This document shows, piece by piece, positions 1-12,299 of a stretch of 64,000 nt of DNA. The position numbers were made by a program, and so were the translations under genes. How positions within the stretch are numbered: position 1 is the stretch's first letter; each line of letters begins with the position of its first letter. The notes beneath the pieces were generated by a model. It was not told the DNA's origin. It saw nothing but the letters and a program-made list of their open reading frames with translations, and did not search any database. Origin of the DNA: Leucoraja ocellata (Eukaryota); assembly GCA_036785375.1 (NCBI GenBank), contig JAWMAR010000076.1, positions 7,812,001 through 7,876,000 of the forward strand, read 5' to 3'.

Positions 1-744
1 GGTATTATCGCGTAGAAGCTGGCAATAATGTCAGGGAATGATGTGTTGGATGTGGAAGCTAAAGGGGTAAAAGATGAGGACCAGCAGAGCTCTGTCCCAG
101 TTCTGTATGGAGAGAGGGCTGATGTTGAAGTGCTGAAATTTGTCAGCCTTTACAACCTAGAGGTCACCATCGTGGGGAATAATGTTCACAATTCACAGAA
201 TTCGCAGTTTCTTCTGCCACGGTTTAAACTGGATGATTGCTACTTGGAAGAGTCTGTGTGCAATTAGTGCACTGGCAGTTGTAATGCCTTTGGGGGATTA
301 GTGCTGGAGAGAGAGGACAATGCAGTTCAACAAAGTTGGCCGGTGAGACGGAAAAGGGGAGGTGCACTTACTCGCTGGTTTTCTTTATAACTGTAAGGTT
401 GGTGACATTATGGAAGAAATCTGCCGGGGGATGATAAACAGAGGGAGGTTGCAGAGTTGCATGTCAAGTATGGGTATGTAAATATATTTGTGGTATGGAG
501 ATGAGGAAAAATAGCAGCTCTGAGAAAACTCACACAAAATTTTAGTGTGAAAACTCAGATTTGGTTTTGAAAGACAGCAGAAGGGACAATTTTGTGGATC
601 AAGTCAAGTTGGATTTATTGTCATATGTTCCATGCGATACAAACAAATAACAGCAGATACTGGTTCATACCAATGATGCCATTAAACTTAGTGAAATGCC
701 AGGGTTTTCCACACTGACAACTCTAACCCAATCGGTAGTAAAGA

Positions 745-1185
745 GAGCAAACGTATTTATTCAAGAGGACTGGTATATAAAACAGGGATGTAATGTTGAG
801 TTTCCATAAGGCACTGGTAAGGTCGTATTTGGAATATTGTGAGCAATTTTGTGCACCATATCTGAGGAAGGATGTGCTGGCTCTGGAGATGGTCCAGAGG
901 AGGTTTACAAGAATGATCCCAGGAATGAGTTGGTGGGATGAGCGTTTGCTGGCACTGGGCTTGAACTCACTGGAGTTTAGAAGAATGAGGGGGGGATCTC
1001 ATTGAAACCTACAGAATAGTGAAAGGCTTGGATAGAGTGGACGTGGAGAGGATGTTTGCACTGGTGGATGTTTGGGGAGAATGGAGTTAGGAGGGAGAGA
1101 TAGATCAGCCGTGATTGAATGGTGGAGTAGACTTGATGGGCCGAATAGCCCAATTCTACTCCTATCACTTGTGACCATGTGACCG
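745..1185 (+). mobile_element. CR1 LINE 3' fragments
   Basis: KALVRSYLEYC...VQRRFTRMIPG...SLEFRRMRG, plus a CR1 3' UTR-like end. Confidence 0.8.
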
Positions 1186-3903
1186 TAAGAATTTAGTGTG
1201 AAAATTCAGTTTTGACCGTAAGACAGCAGAAGGGACAATTTCAGGGATCAAATCAAGTTGGGTTTATTGTCATATGTACAGTGCGATTCAGACACAGTGT
1301 ACAAACTTTAGAATGTAGAAACAAAGAACTGCAGAGATACTGGTTCATACCAAAAATGCTATTAAATTAAGTGAGATGCCAGAGTTTCCAACACTGATGA
1401 CTCTAACCAAAGAGACTAAATTAGTCAGTCCATCAAATGTCCATGAACGCTGAGCAGGTTCCCATTTGCAGAGCGGAGTCCCTTGGTAATAATGTACAAA
1501 ATTAGAGCATTTAAGAAGTATCCAAAAGAACACTTGAATGTCTCAGGCAAACAGGGATATGGACCAAATGTTGGGTGGTGGGGTTAACATGGAAGGTTGT
1601 CCACTGATCAGCATGGATGAATGGGGCCAAATGGCCTGTTTACATGTTCTTGCTCCCTACTCCCTTTCATTCTCTCATTCTCTCTCTCCCTCTCTTTCTC
1701 CATACTTCTTCTTTCTCACCTTCCCCTCTTTCTCCTCTCCTCTCCCTCTGCCTCTCACTCCTTATTCTCCCATAGATCCATCCAGTACAGAAATGAAGCT
1801 GTGCCCTTTTCTCTAGTCTGAACTGGGATGATGATTCTGACTATTTGCAGTAACTATGCACTCCAAGATCTCTCTGTAAATCCAAGCTCCCTGCCCTTTC
1901 TATGACCTACCAGAATCTGACTTCCCAAAGTGCATTACCTCACACTTGTCAGGATTAAATTCCATCTGCCACTGCTCTCTGCTATTTTACAGCTGTTCTA
2001 TGTCCCGCAACCTCCTTTGCTGTCTACGACTCCACTAGATTTTGTTTTGTCTGCCAACTTGTTAATCAGACCATGCACACTCTCATCCAAGGTAGACACA
2101 ATATGCTGGAGTAACTCAGCGGGACAGGCAGCATCTCTGGAGAGAAGGAATGGGTCAAGACCCTTCTTCAGACTGATGACAGGGGAGTGGGCGATACAAA
2201 GATATAATGTAGTTCGAGACACTAAGACTGGTGGGAGAACTGCGAAGGGGGAGGGGATGGAGAGAGAGGGAAGGCAAGGGCAAAGGAACAACATTAGCTA
2301 TCCCACAGTCTTATGGTACCTCAGCCACAACCAATGAAAATAAAAAATAATCTTTGTCTGAGCACTAGCAAGCTCCTCCCTTGCTTCTCTTTGCATCCTG
2401 GAGTCAATCCTGGAGTAAGGCCCTGTGGAGTTATCCACAGTAATATGCTCCATGCTCCAATATATCTATCACTTTATTCTTCCTGATACAGACATGTTCC
2501 AGAATATCAGCATAACCTAACCTCCTCTTTAACCTGCCAGACTTTATATCCTTCTCCCTAGTGAAACCTACGAGAAGGAATCATCTTACCAACAAATAGC
2601 GAGCAGTCCTGAACTACTGTCTACCTCATTGGAGACCCTCGGACTATCTGTGATTGGAATTTACTAAATTTATCTTGCAACAAATTTTATTCACAACATT
2701 CCCTTTATCGTGTATACTGTGGATGGCTCGATGGTAATCATGTGTTGTTTTTCTGCTGGACTGGTTAGCACGCTACAAAGGCTTTTCACTGTACCTTGGT
2801 ACACGTGACAAGAAGCTAATGATAACATAGAAATAGAAATTAGGTGCAGGAGTAGGCCATTCGGCCCTTCGAGCCTGCAAGTAATGACAAGTATTCATTT
2901 AGTATTCATCACACATATTCCCTGATTCCACACACCAATTATATCTTGGACCCCCAAATGATTCTGTTCCTTCTTTACTAACCCTCTTGCTTCCAATACA
3001 CCAATAAAAGTTTTAAGGTTTCTCCCTAAACCCACATGCCAAGGACATTTCAATGCCCCTTTGTACCTTCCTAATTCATTTCTCAAGTTTTCCAATACGT
3101 CCCTATAAACCTCAATGGACTTACTTGATACAAATTTCCTAAACCTAACATACCCATACAACTTCTTTCGCCTGATCAAACCTTTGTTAATAATCTACCT
3201 TGATCTCCCTTTCTATCTTGTTGCGGTCTTATATTTTCGTTTCTCTGTACCCATATTCTCCTCTCTGTTTCTTTTTCTTATGTACTACCTGATATATTAA
3301 TTTATGCTATGGTTTTCCCCAGAGAGCACGCAAAACAAAGTGTTTCCCCATATTTAAGAACATCATCGTGAAGTGGGTGACTTTAGAATCCGAATCAGTG
3401 CATGGGACTTTCAAGTTCAAGTTCAAATGTATTTATCACATGCACCATAGGTGCAGGGAAATGCATTATGTGGCCATTGTGGAGAGTTGTGGCCATTATG
3501 GAGAGTTGTTTGTGAGAGGGACGGGACTGGCAGCAAAATGTTCCAGGTGTGATAGTGATAGAGGTGTAAAAGAGGTGGCGGAGAGGCATTAGTGATCGGG
3601 GAGAATATTAGAGCGGCACTCAAAGAGGACATGCTGGAGTGTTCATCCATTGAGGCAATATGGATGCACCTCAAAAATAGGAAAGGTGCAATCACTCTGA
3701 GGGNNNNNNNNNNNNNNNNNNNNNNNNNNNNNNNNNNNNNNNNNNNNNNNNNNNNNNNNNNNNNNNNNNNNNNNNNNNNNNNNNNNNNNNNNNNNNNNNN
3801 NNNNNNNNNNNNNNNNNNNNNNNNNNNNNNNNNNNNNNNNNNNNNNNNNNNNNNNNNNNNNNNNNNNNNNNNNNNNNNNNNNNNNNNNNNNNNNNNNNNN
3901 NNN

Positions 3904-4032
3904 TCTCAGGCAGAGGAGAGACTCTTCAAGCATCTCTTTACCGGGTACAACCGCTGGTCCAGACCTGTGGCCAACAGCTCGGATGCCGTCATTGTGAACT
4001 TTGGCCTTTCCATTGCCCAGCTCATTGATGTG
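3904..4032 (+). CDS. CHRNA2: nAChR alpha-2 subunit, first visible coding exon (5' part lost in N gap)
   Basis: [43 protein letters not shown] followed by donor gtgaga. RLFKHLFxGYNRW is alpha2-like rather than alpha4-like. Confidence 0.9.
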
Positions 4033-4174
4033 GTGAGATACATCTGGATTAAGAGGCAGTGGGGATGGGGTGGAATGCCCTTTGTAGGAAAGGATTTAAC
4101 TGAGGAAGTCTACCAGCATGTATCACAGAGTTTACGAAACCCACAAGCTGCTTTCTGCAAATAGCCAAAGACTG

Positions 4175-7100
4175 GGGTGGCACAGAGGCACAACTGATAG
4201 AATTACTGCCTCACAATAATAATGCTTTATTTCAGACACAGGTCTATATAACACATCATACAGTATAAGGAGATACAAAAAAAACATTAAAAATTGCATA
4301 TTAGCCTATATGATATACAAGCTATTGCACCAATGCCATCTTAGCCTAGAAGTGAATCTATAGCAGCTTTTCAGAGGGCTGACTAGGGCTTCAATTATGT
4401 GGTTCTCTGACTTGTCCAGACGACACATAAAACTAAACGTCAGCTGTCTTAAGAGTGCCTCACAGGTTGGCACTCTAGTGGACACAAACAATTGAATGGC
4501 ACTATGCCACCTAGGGACATGAAGCAGCAACCTCATTGCATCATTGTATGCTACCTTGAGCCTCTGCATACTCTTTTTCTTATAGTCAGACCACAATTGA
4601 GCAGTATATAATGGTGTGATATAGGTTCTGAACACGGAACACTTCACAAAGTCAGAGCACATAGAAAACTTCCTTATAAGTATGTTAGCTTGAAAATAAA
4701 ATTTACAGCGCTGTCGGTAGAGGTCTTTGCATCCGTCCAGTCATCGGATATGACATGACATAGGTATTTAATTTCCTCACACACAGCAAGAGGACTGCCT
4801 GACAAGTAAAAGGCTGGAAAAGTTGATTTCCTGTCCTCAGCGCTTCTAACTATCGTTATGCGGCTTTTCTTAGCGTTATACTTTATGTCATAATCAATGC
4901 CATACTGAGAGCACACCTTCAACATCTGCTGCAGCCCAGCGCTAATGGACAGAGCAGGACCAGGTCATCTGCATACATAAGATGATTAACAATAGTGTTG
5001 CCCACAAGACAGCCAGTTTTTAACCTATTTAACTGATTTGATAATTCATCCATATAAACATTAAATAAAATAGGAGACAAAATTCCTCCTTGCCGCTCTC
5101 CCGTTACTAACACAGAATGGAGCAGATACAACATTGTCCCATTTAACCTGAAACGTTTGATGGGCATACCAAAACACTAAAATTCTCACTAAAAATTTAG
5201 GGGCACCTCTATCTAGCAATTTTACAAACAATTGTTCATGATTAATTCTATCAAATGCCTTGGACGCATCAATAAAACATAGGAATACAGATGAATTCAG
5301 GCTTGTGTACCTGAACACAATCTCTTTAAGAGCATAGATACACTGGTCAGTTCCATGTTTTCTTTTGAACCCAAACTGATTGACAGTAGTAAGGACATAC
5401 ATTTCTAGCTTTGTTAGCAGTATTCTCTCCAGTACTTTAGACAAGATACTGGCTAATGCAATAGGTCGATAATTGTCAATACTGTTGAGCTTACCAGCCT
5501 TGTCTTTAAGCACAGGCACTAACATTACAGACATAATAGCATTTGGCAGGACACCATGAACCAGACAACCATTAAAGCACATGGAAAGCAAAGGGCAGAG
5601 CTTATAGCTGGCATATTTTAGATGTTCTGCAGTAATGCAGTCCATACCGTAGGCTTTGTTGTTATCCACCATGTTAATGGCATCATAGACATCTGCTGCC
5701 CTAACAATCATATCTGCTGAGAGATCAATATGTTCATGATTGATTCTAACTGGGTTACTTTTAACACAATTAAAAAGGTTACGGTAGTGCTCACGCCAGA
5801 TCTCAGCTATTTTTTCTGGGCTACTAATCCCTTCAATGTCAGACGGTAGGGGTGTTTTATTGTTATTCATTACTTTGACCTCTTTCCAGTAGTAGTAAGG
5901 TTGTTGTTCTGTAGCTTTCTGGCAAGCGAGTCTGCTCTCATTGTGTTTTCATTTTTCTTAATAACACGAAGTGCATACTTAACTCTAGCATTTGTGCACT
6001 TTTCATATCTAGCAATACTAGGCCTACCTGCCTCTGACCAGAGTCTATAGGCCTCTCTTGCCTCAGCGTACTGCTCAGCCACAAACTCATTCCACCCAGG
6101 TCTGATGTTGGGTACCTTACATTTACTTTTACGAAAGGGTTCACTGAAGCATTGAGACATTTCACAATAACATCATACATGGCACAGAGTTTTTCAGCAT
6201 GTTGCACATCCTTACAATTCATATCTGAGCACATTAGGGCCTCTTGAGGCAATGCAATATTATTTAAAAAACTGTCCGTTCGCAGTGAGTATCCAGCCAT
6301 AACCTCTCTGCTCAGTTTTGACCAGTCCAGTTTACTTGAGGAAGCAACATTATTATTACTGGACAGTAGGGGGACATTCTCAACATTTAACCGTGCAGCA
6401 ATAGGTATGTGATCAAAGGTGGCAAGTTCATAACAAATCTCCACATTTTCCAGTGAGGCATGAACATCAGCTGTGGTCACAATATGGTCTAACCAAGATG
6501 TTGTGTGCCATGCTTCACTAACATAGGTAAAACTTGTGTCAGGTAACAGAGCTTTACTCGATAGAATTAATTTAGACTCATTACAAAACTGCTGCAGGTG
6601 TGCTGCAAATAAAGATTTGCTATCTGCCATGTCAGCATTAAAATCACCCATGACGTAGACACAGGATGAGCTGTTGTCCTCTATGAAGGACTGAATAAAA
6701 GCTAACCTGTTCAGAAATTCGTTCTCATGCTCATATGATTCATACGGTGTATAAACATTTAAGACAGTAAATTTATTTTCATTATAATTACACTCTAGCC
6801 CTATGGCCCAGTCAACATTTAGACCCACCACCTTCACCAGTGAGTCATATTTGATGTTCCACAGTATAGCTACACCACCAGCTATCCTACCTCGAACCAG
6901 CCTCGTACTGAGGTCGGTAGTGGACTCTCCAGCCCCATGGAAGTTCATGTGTAGAGTGTTCAACTTATCCAGATCTTGTTTTGCCATCCAGGTTTCTTGC
7001 AGGCACAGAATGTCACATTGGTCCATCAGTGTGTCCACCACCAAACGTATTGATCTATCAGTAGCAGAATGTCCTACTCGCAAACCGCGAGTGTTGTATG

Positions 7101-7481
7101 AAACAGCATGCATTTAATGTGTTTTGTCGCTCCCTGCAGAACAGCTGGCCTTCATCCCGTCCTCGCCCACAGATGCAACAGACAATGTCAGAAATCTGGG
7201 TTTGATCCTGACCTTGGTTGCTGTCTATGTGTAATTTGCAATTTCTCCCTGTGGCCATGTGGGCTTCCTCCCACATCCCATAAACATGTAGGTTTGTAGG
7301 TCACTCATCCTTTGTAAAATTGCCTCTAATGTAGGGAGTGGATGAGAAAGAACTATTACTGGTTCCACATTTGACTAGAATTGACTAGAAGTAGTCTGAA
7401 TGGGTGATCGATGTTTGGCATGGACTCGGTATGCAAAAGGGCCTTTAGCCATGCTGTATCTCTAAACTAAACTAAACTAAA
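4175..7481 (+). mobile_element. HE1/V-SINE-like SINE split by the LINE insertion (pieces ~4175-4217 and ~7187-7481)
   Basis: tRNA-like head GGTGGCAC...CTGCCTCACAAT continues after the LINE with GTCAGAAATCTGGGTTTGATCC and ends in (TAAAC)n. Confidence 0.7.
4218..7181 (-). mobile_element. 5'-truncated LINE with near-complete frameshifted ORF2 (APE + RT), probably RTE-X clade
   Basis: ORFs 5938-7113 (SYNTRGL, LCLQETW, MGDFN, WLDH, FDH), 5061-5870 (YRPIAL, FIDASKAFD), 4919-5167 (QGGILSP, YADD) and 4306-4662. AATAAA plus (TAT)n tail. TSD ACAAT at 4213-17 and 7182-86. Clade assignment is tentative. Confidence 0.9.
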
Positions 7482-8595
7482 CTTGGTTAACGAGGGAAAG
7501 GTAGATTTTAAGGTAGAGAGAGGTTGAAAAGTACAATGAAGTTCTGCAAACAACCTTTTGGGAGTGGAGTAACATGGCTAGGAGTTTTTATTTGATTAAT
7601 GTTGAAGTAAGGTTGATTACGCTACAAACGGTACAGAACAGATTCACAATGATATTGCTGGGTCTGGAGGGCTCAAGTTGTAAGGAGAGACTGGGTAGAA
7701 CTTGGACTATTTTTCCCTTGAGCATAGGAGGCTGAGGGGTGACCTAATGGGGGGGTTTATAACGTCATGAAGGACATAGATAAATCGAGTGGAAATAGGG
7801 TTGTGGAGTCTACAATTTAAGATGAAAGGGGAAAGGTTTAACAGAAACCTGAGGGGCAACTTTTCTGCAGGGAGTTTGCTGGGTACATGGAATAAGCTGA
7901 CAGAGGGAGTTCAGGCAAAATTACAGCATTTAAAAGATATTTGGATAATTACGGGTTTTGGGGATGTGGGTCAAATGCAGGGAAATGTGAAGAGCACATG
8001 AAGGCATCTTACTTGGCATGGATGAGGCTGCCTATAGGTCTGTTTGCATGTTTATAACTCATTGATGATGGATAAACCAGACACAAATAAACAGATTTAT
8101 AGGAATAGATATTAAAATTTAAACAAGCCTGCTCCTGAATCATTTACAGAATATCCACTCTGTGGGTTGTTATCTGCATTTCAGAGATTGAGTGGGTCTG
8201 ATTATCTCTGGCAATCTGCAGCAGCTTGTAACCATTAACACATCCCTTGAGCGTCCATCCTCTCACACAGTGCTGGGAAATGGAAGGCCGGAATGGAAGT
8301 TTGGATGGAAGCCAGATATTCCCCAGAGCGAGAGAGTGATCTACACCCTGACTCTCTCCATTCCACTGAGGCCCGTTCGCAAGTACTTGTGAATGCAGCA
8401 GTGATCTATATGTGGGAATTGTTTTTGCCTCATTGGAGAGGGGTCAACACTCCTACTCATCGCAACCTAAAGGAATGTTGTGCTTCTTGGGGTTAGGGTT
8501 CTTGAAGGTTGCCATCCAGACATGCAAAAGAGGTTCCTAAGTGGCTTATTTTGAGGTATAAATTGGTCTTTGACTTTTAATCGAGGGAAATGTTC

Positions 8596-8860
8596 TTAGT
8601 TTAGTTTAGTTTAGAGATACAGCGAGGAAACGGGCTCTTCGCTTGACTGCGATCCCCGTCCGTGCACATTCGGGACAATTTAGATTTTTTACAAAAGTCA
8701 ATTAACCTACAAGCCTGTGGATCTTTGAGGTGTGGGAGGAAGCCAGAGCATGTGGTCACGGGGAGAATGTACAAGCTCCGTACACACAGCGCCCATAGTC
8801 AGGATCGAACCTGGGTCTCTGACGCTGTAAGGCTGCAACTTTACCGCTGTGCCACCATGC
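8596..8860 (-). mobile_element. HE1/V-SINE-like tRNA-derived SINE
   Basis: (GTTTA)n tail on the + strand; reverse complement of the A/B-box head and conserved core. Confidence 0.75.
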
Positions 8861-9011
8861 CTCCCCTGTCCTGAGGGACCAGACAGGACAGCATGGGAGA
8901 AACGTGAGGGGGTGGAGTGCATGTTGTAAGGTTGGGGTGAGGGAGAGTTGAGGGTGCCAGGAGGAATGGGCAAGTTGGAGGAGAATGCAGGGATCAGGGG
9001 AGAACGGTCAC

Positions 9012-9152
9012 ACAAAAAGGCTGGAGAAACTCAGCGGGTGCAGCAGCATCTATGGAGCAATGGAAATAGGCAACGTTTCGGGCCGAAACGTTGCCTATTT
9101 CCTTCGCTCCATAGATGCTGCTGCACCTGCTGAGTTTCTCCAGCCTTTTTGT
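9012..9152. repeat. Near-perfect ~140-bp palindrome (Penelope pLTR-derived hairpin element)
   Basis: Arms ACAAAAAGGCTGGAGAAACTCAGC...CAACGTTTCG / CGAAACGTTG...CTGAGTTTCTCCAGCCTTTTTGT centred near 9082. Related copies at ~9752-9965, 10205-10600, 26670-26885, 27145-27405, 29460-29700, 40050-40225, 55842-56010, 59750-59990. Confidence 0.85.
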
Positions 9153-10680
9153 CTACCTTCGATTTTCCAACATCTGCATTCCTTCTTAAAAACTCAGGGG
9201 AGAAGGGTCATGAACAGTTGGAGCAGAAGGTGGGGAGGAGAGTGTTGAAGACTCAGCCAGTGCCTCCTCTGACAAGACTCTATATGACGGAGTGAGTGAT
9301 CACTCAGCCCCCCCCCCCCCCCCCCCCCCTCACCCCACCCTCCAAGGGGTGACATTATATTTCTATAATGTCATTGCTCAGGCACCTACAGGATTAAAAT
9401 CTCAGCCTGCCCAACCTCTTTCAGGTCCCTTGAGTCCTGGCAACATTGCGCTGAAGATTCACTGTACTCTCTCCAGCTAAAAGGCACTTTCATACAGCTG
9501 GGTGACCAAGCGATACACAATACTCCAAGTGCAGCCTCACTAATGTCTTATAGAGTAGCAGCATAACATCCCAACCTCTCTATTCAATTTGCTGGCTTGA
9601 TGAAAGCCAGCATGCCAAACACTTTCTTGATCACCCTATCTACCTGCAATGCCACTTTCAGGGAGCTATGCACTCCTCGGCCCCTCTACCCAACAACGCC
9701 ATCTACTGGAAATTTCTACCCTGATCCGACATCTCAAAATGCAATATCTGGAACACAAAAAAGCTGGAGAAACTCAGCGGGTGCAGCAGCATCTATGGAG
9801 CGAAGGAAATAGGTAACGTTTCGGGACAAAACCCTTCTTCAGAAACGTTTCGGGCCGAAACGTTGCCTATTTCCTTCGTTCCATAGATGCTGCTGCATCC
9901 GCTGAGTTTCTCCAACTTTTTTGTGTACCTTCGATTCTCCAGCATCTGCAGTTCCTTCTTAAACACTGCAATATCTGGTACTCACCTGAATTAAACTCTA
10001 ATTGCAATTCGTCAGCCAAGTTACCCATTTCTTTATAATTCTTTATAATCCCCATCATCTACAAAACCAGCTATTTTAGGGTAATCTGAAAACATACTAA
10101 CTATGGTTTGTTCATTCTCATGCAAATCATTTAAATACATGACAATATTCCATAGAGAGCAGCTCCTTCGAAGTCGGTTCTGAGCACACCCTGGAAACTA
10201 TTGTAGAAACAAAGAATTGCAGACGCCGGTTTGTAGCAAAGATAATCACAAGGTGCTAGAGTAACTCAACGGGTCAGCAGGCAGCATCTCCGGAGAAAAA
10301 AGAATGGCGAGGTTTCAGGTCGTGACCCTTCTTCAGACTGCTTTAAAAAAAATGATGTCTCGTCAGCAAGTTAGAGAAATAAAGGTCCAGAAAGGGTTGA
10401 TGGCCATCTGGGGGAGTCCAAGAGGAGGGGGAATGTTGGAGACAGGAGAAGTGGTCATCACTGGGCAATGAGGACTCCTTCCCACAGAAGAAGGAGGCGG
10501 AGGCAACGGAAGAAGAGCTCCGACCCACGGCGTCACCCATCCTTTTTCTCCATAGATGCTGCCTGACCCGCTGAGTTACTCCAGCACTTTGGTGTCTATC
10601 CTAGAACCTTCTGTTTGCCGGAAATCTCCTCTGCACCAGATCTGTGAGTTGAGGCTCTGTATCGGGAACAGACACAAAGT

Positions 10681-10940
10681 GGGCGGCACGGTGGTGCTGT
10701 GGTAGAGTTGCTGCATTACAGCGCCAGAGACCCGGGTTCGATTTTGACTACAAGTGCTGTCTGTACGAAGTTTGTATGTTCTTCCCGTGACCGTGTGGGT
10801 TTTCCCCAGGTGCTCCGGTTTCCTCCCGCACTCGAAAGACGTACAGGTTTGTACGTGTTAGTGTACAGGGATCGCTGGTCGGCACGGACTCGGTGGGCTG
10901 GAAGGTCTGTTTCCGCCTTGTATCTCTAAATAAACTAAAC
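10681..10940 (+). mobile_element. HE1/V-SINE-like SINE
   Basis: GGGCGGCACGGTGG...GACCCGGGTTCG head, core TTTGTATGTTCTTCCCGTGACC...GGTTTCCTCCC, and (TAAAC) tail. Further copies at ~11873-12152, 12590-12886, 16236-16510, 16940-17275, 28155-28450(-), 35899-36192, 41324-41635. Confidence 0.8.
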
Positions 10941-11167
10941 AAAGTGAGTAACTCAGCATCTCTGTAGAAAAAGGAGTGGATGAAGTTACTGGTCGGGACC
11001 CTCCAACTATCAGAAATATGATGTTGGGCATGTTTTATCACAAGGTTTAAGGGCAGTTAGGGACATGCGGTAAATGCTGGTCTTGGCAACGATAACACAT
11101 CAGCTGATTTATTTCTGGTTGGCCATAACTCTGAGACTGATTGTTATCTCTGTGACACCTCCTCTAG

Positions 11168-11212
11168 GATGAGAAAAACCAGATGATGACGACCAATGTA
11201 TGGCTCAAGCAG
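11168..11212 (+). CDS. CHRNA2: nAChR alpha-2, 45-nt exon
   Basis: ctctag|GAT...CAG|gtgggt encodes DEKNQMMTTNVWLKQ, the canonical 45-nt nAChR exon. Confidence 0.95.
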
Positions 11213-12189
11213 GTGGGTGTTTCCATTCTCTGCCAGTTTGCACCTCAGGACAGGGCCATCCCAGGATCACAAGCTGCTGGGTTAGGTCTCCTTGTTCTCC
11301 ACCTATAGTTTTTATGAGCTGGCAAAATAGGCATCAATGTCAATCTCTCATGGTTGTGCTAAGTACCAATAGTTTAGCCCAAGCCCACACCTGCAGAACA
11401 TAGAACAGTACAGCACAGGATGATGTTCTTCAGTCTACAGTGCCTGTGCTGAACATGATGTCAGGTTAAATTAATCTCATCTGCATGCTCTCCATTTCCT
11501 GCTTATCCATGTGCCTACCTAAAATGCCACTTCATATCTGCTTCCACCACCATCCCTGTCAATGTGTGATAGGCACCCACTGCACTCTGTGGGGGACAAA
11601 AACTTGCACCGCACATCTCTCTTAAAATTTCACTGTCTGACCTTAAAACTTTGCCGTCTAACCATGTCAGTAAACATCTTATCCACCCTCTCCAAAGCTT
11701 CCACATCCTGATGGGACCATAATTGCACAGAATATTCCAAATATGTCCCAAGCTTTCAAGGAACATCTTGACACCTTGTGTGCTTCTTAGATGAAAGTAA
11801 CAATGTTTTGGTTTGATACCTATATGTATAACCCTTTTTAGATCAATGTCTCCTTAGAACAGTGTAATAGTATGCGGCAGGGTGGTGCAGTGGAAGAGTT
11901 GCTGCCTTACAATTCCAGGTTTTGATCTTGACTACTGATGCTGTCTGTACGATGTTTGCAGTTCTCCCTGTGACCACATGGGTTTTCTCTGGGTACCCCC
12001 ACACTCCAAAGTCACACAGGTTTATAGTTTAATTGGCTTTGGTAAATAAATAATTGCCCCTATTGTGTAGGATAGTGCTAGTGCACTGGTAATCGTTGGG
12101 CAACACTGACTCAGTTTCCATGCCGTATCTCTAAACTAAAAATTAAACTAAACTGTATCTTCTATTTCTAATTCTTGTGTCTGTTCAAG

Positions 12190-12299
12190 GAATGGTTTGA
12201 TTACAAACTCACATGGGACCCTGGGGAGTTTGATAACATTACGTCAATCCGTGTCCCATCTGAGATGATCTGGATACCCGACATTGTTCTGTACAACAA
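12190..12299 (+). CDS. CHRNA2: nAChR alpha-2, 110-nt exon
   Basis: ttcaag|GAA...AA|gtaagt encodes [36 protein letters not shown](N), including loop A. Confidence 0.95.

Noticed and set aside
1-3703. CHRNA2 signal-peptide exon
   Set aside because: No convincing ATG-hydrophobic-donor exon found; it probably lies upstream of the window or in the gap.
10681-10760. tRNA gene-like A/B boxes
   Set aside because: They are SINE heads followed by SINE core and tail, not standalone tRNA genes.
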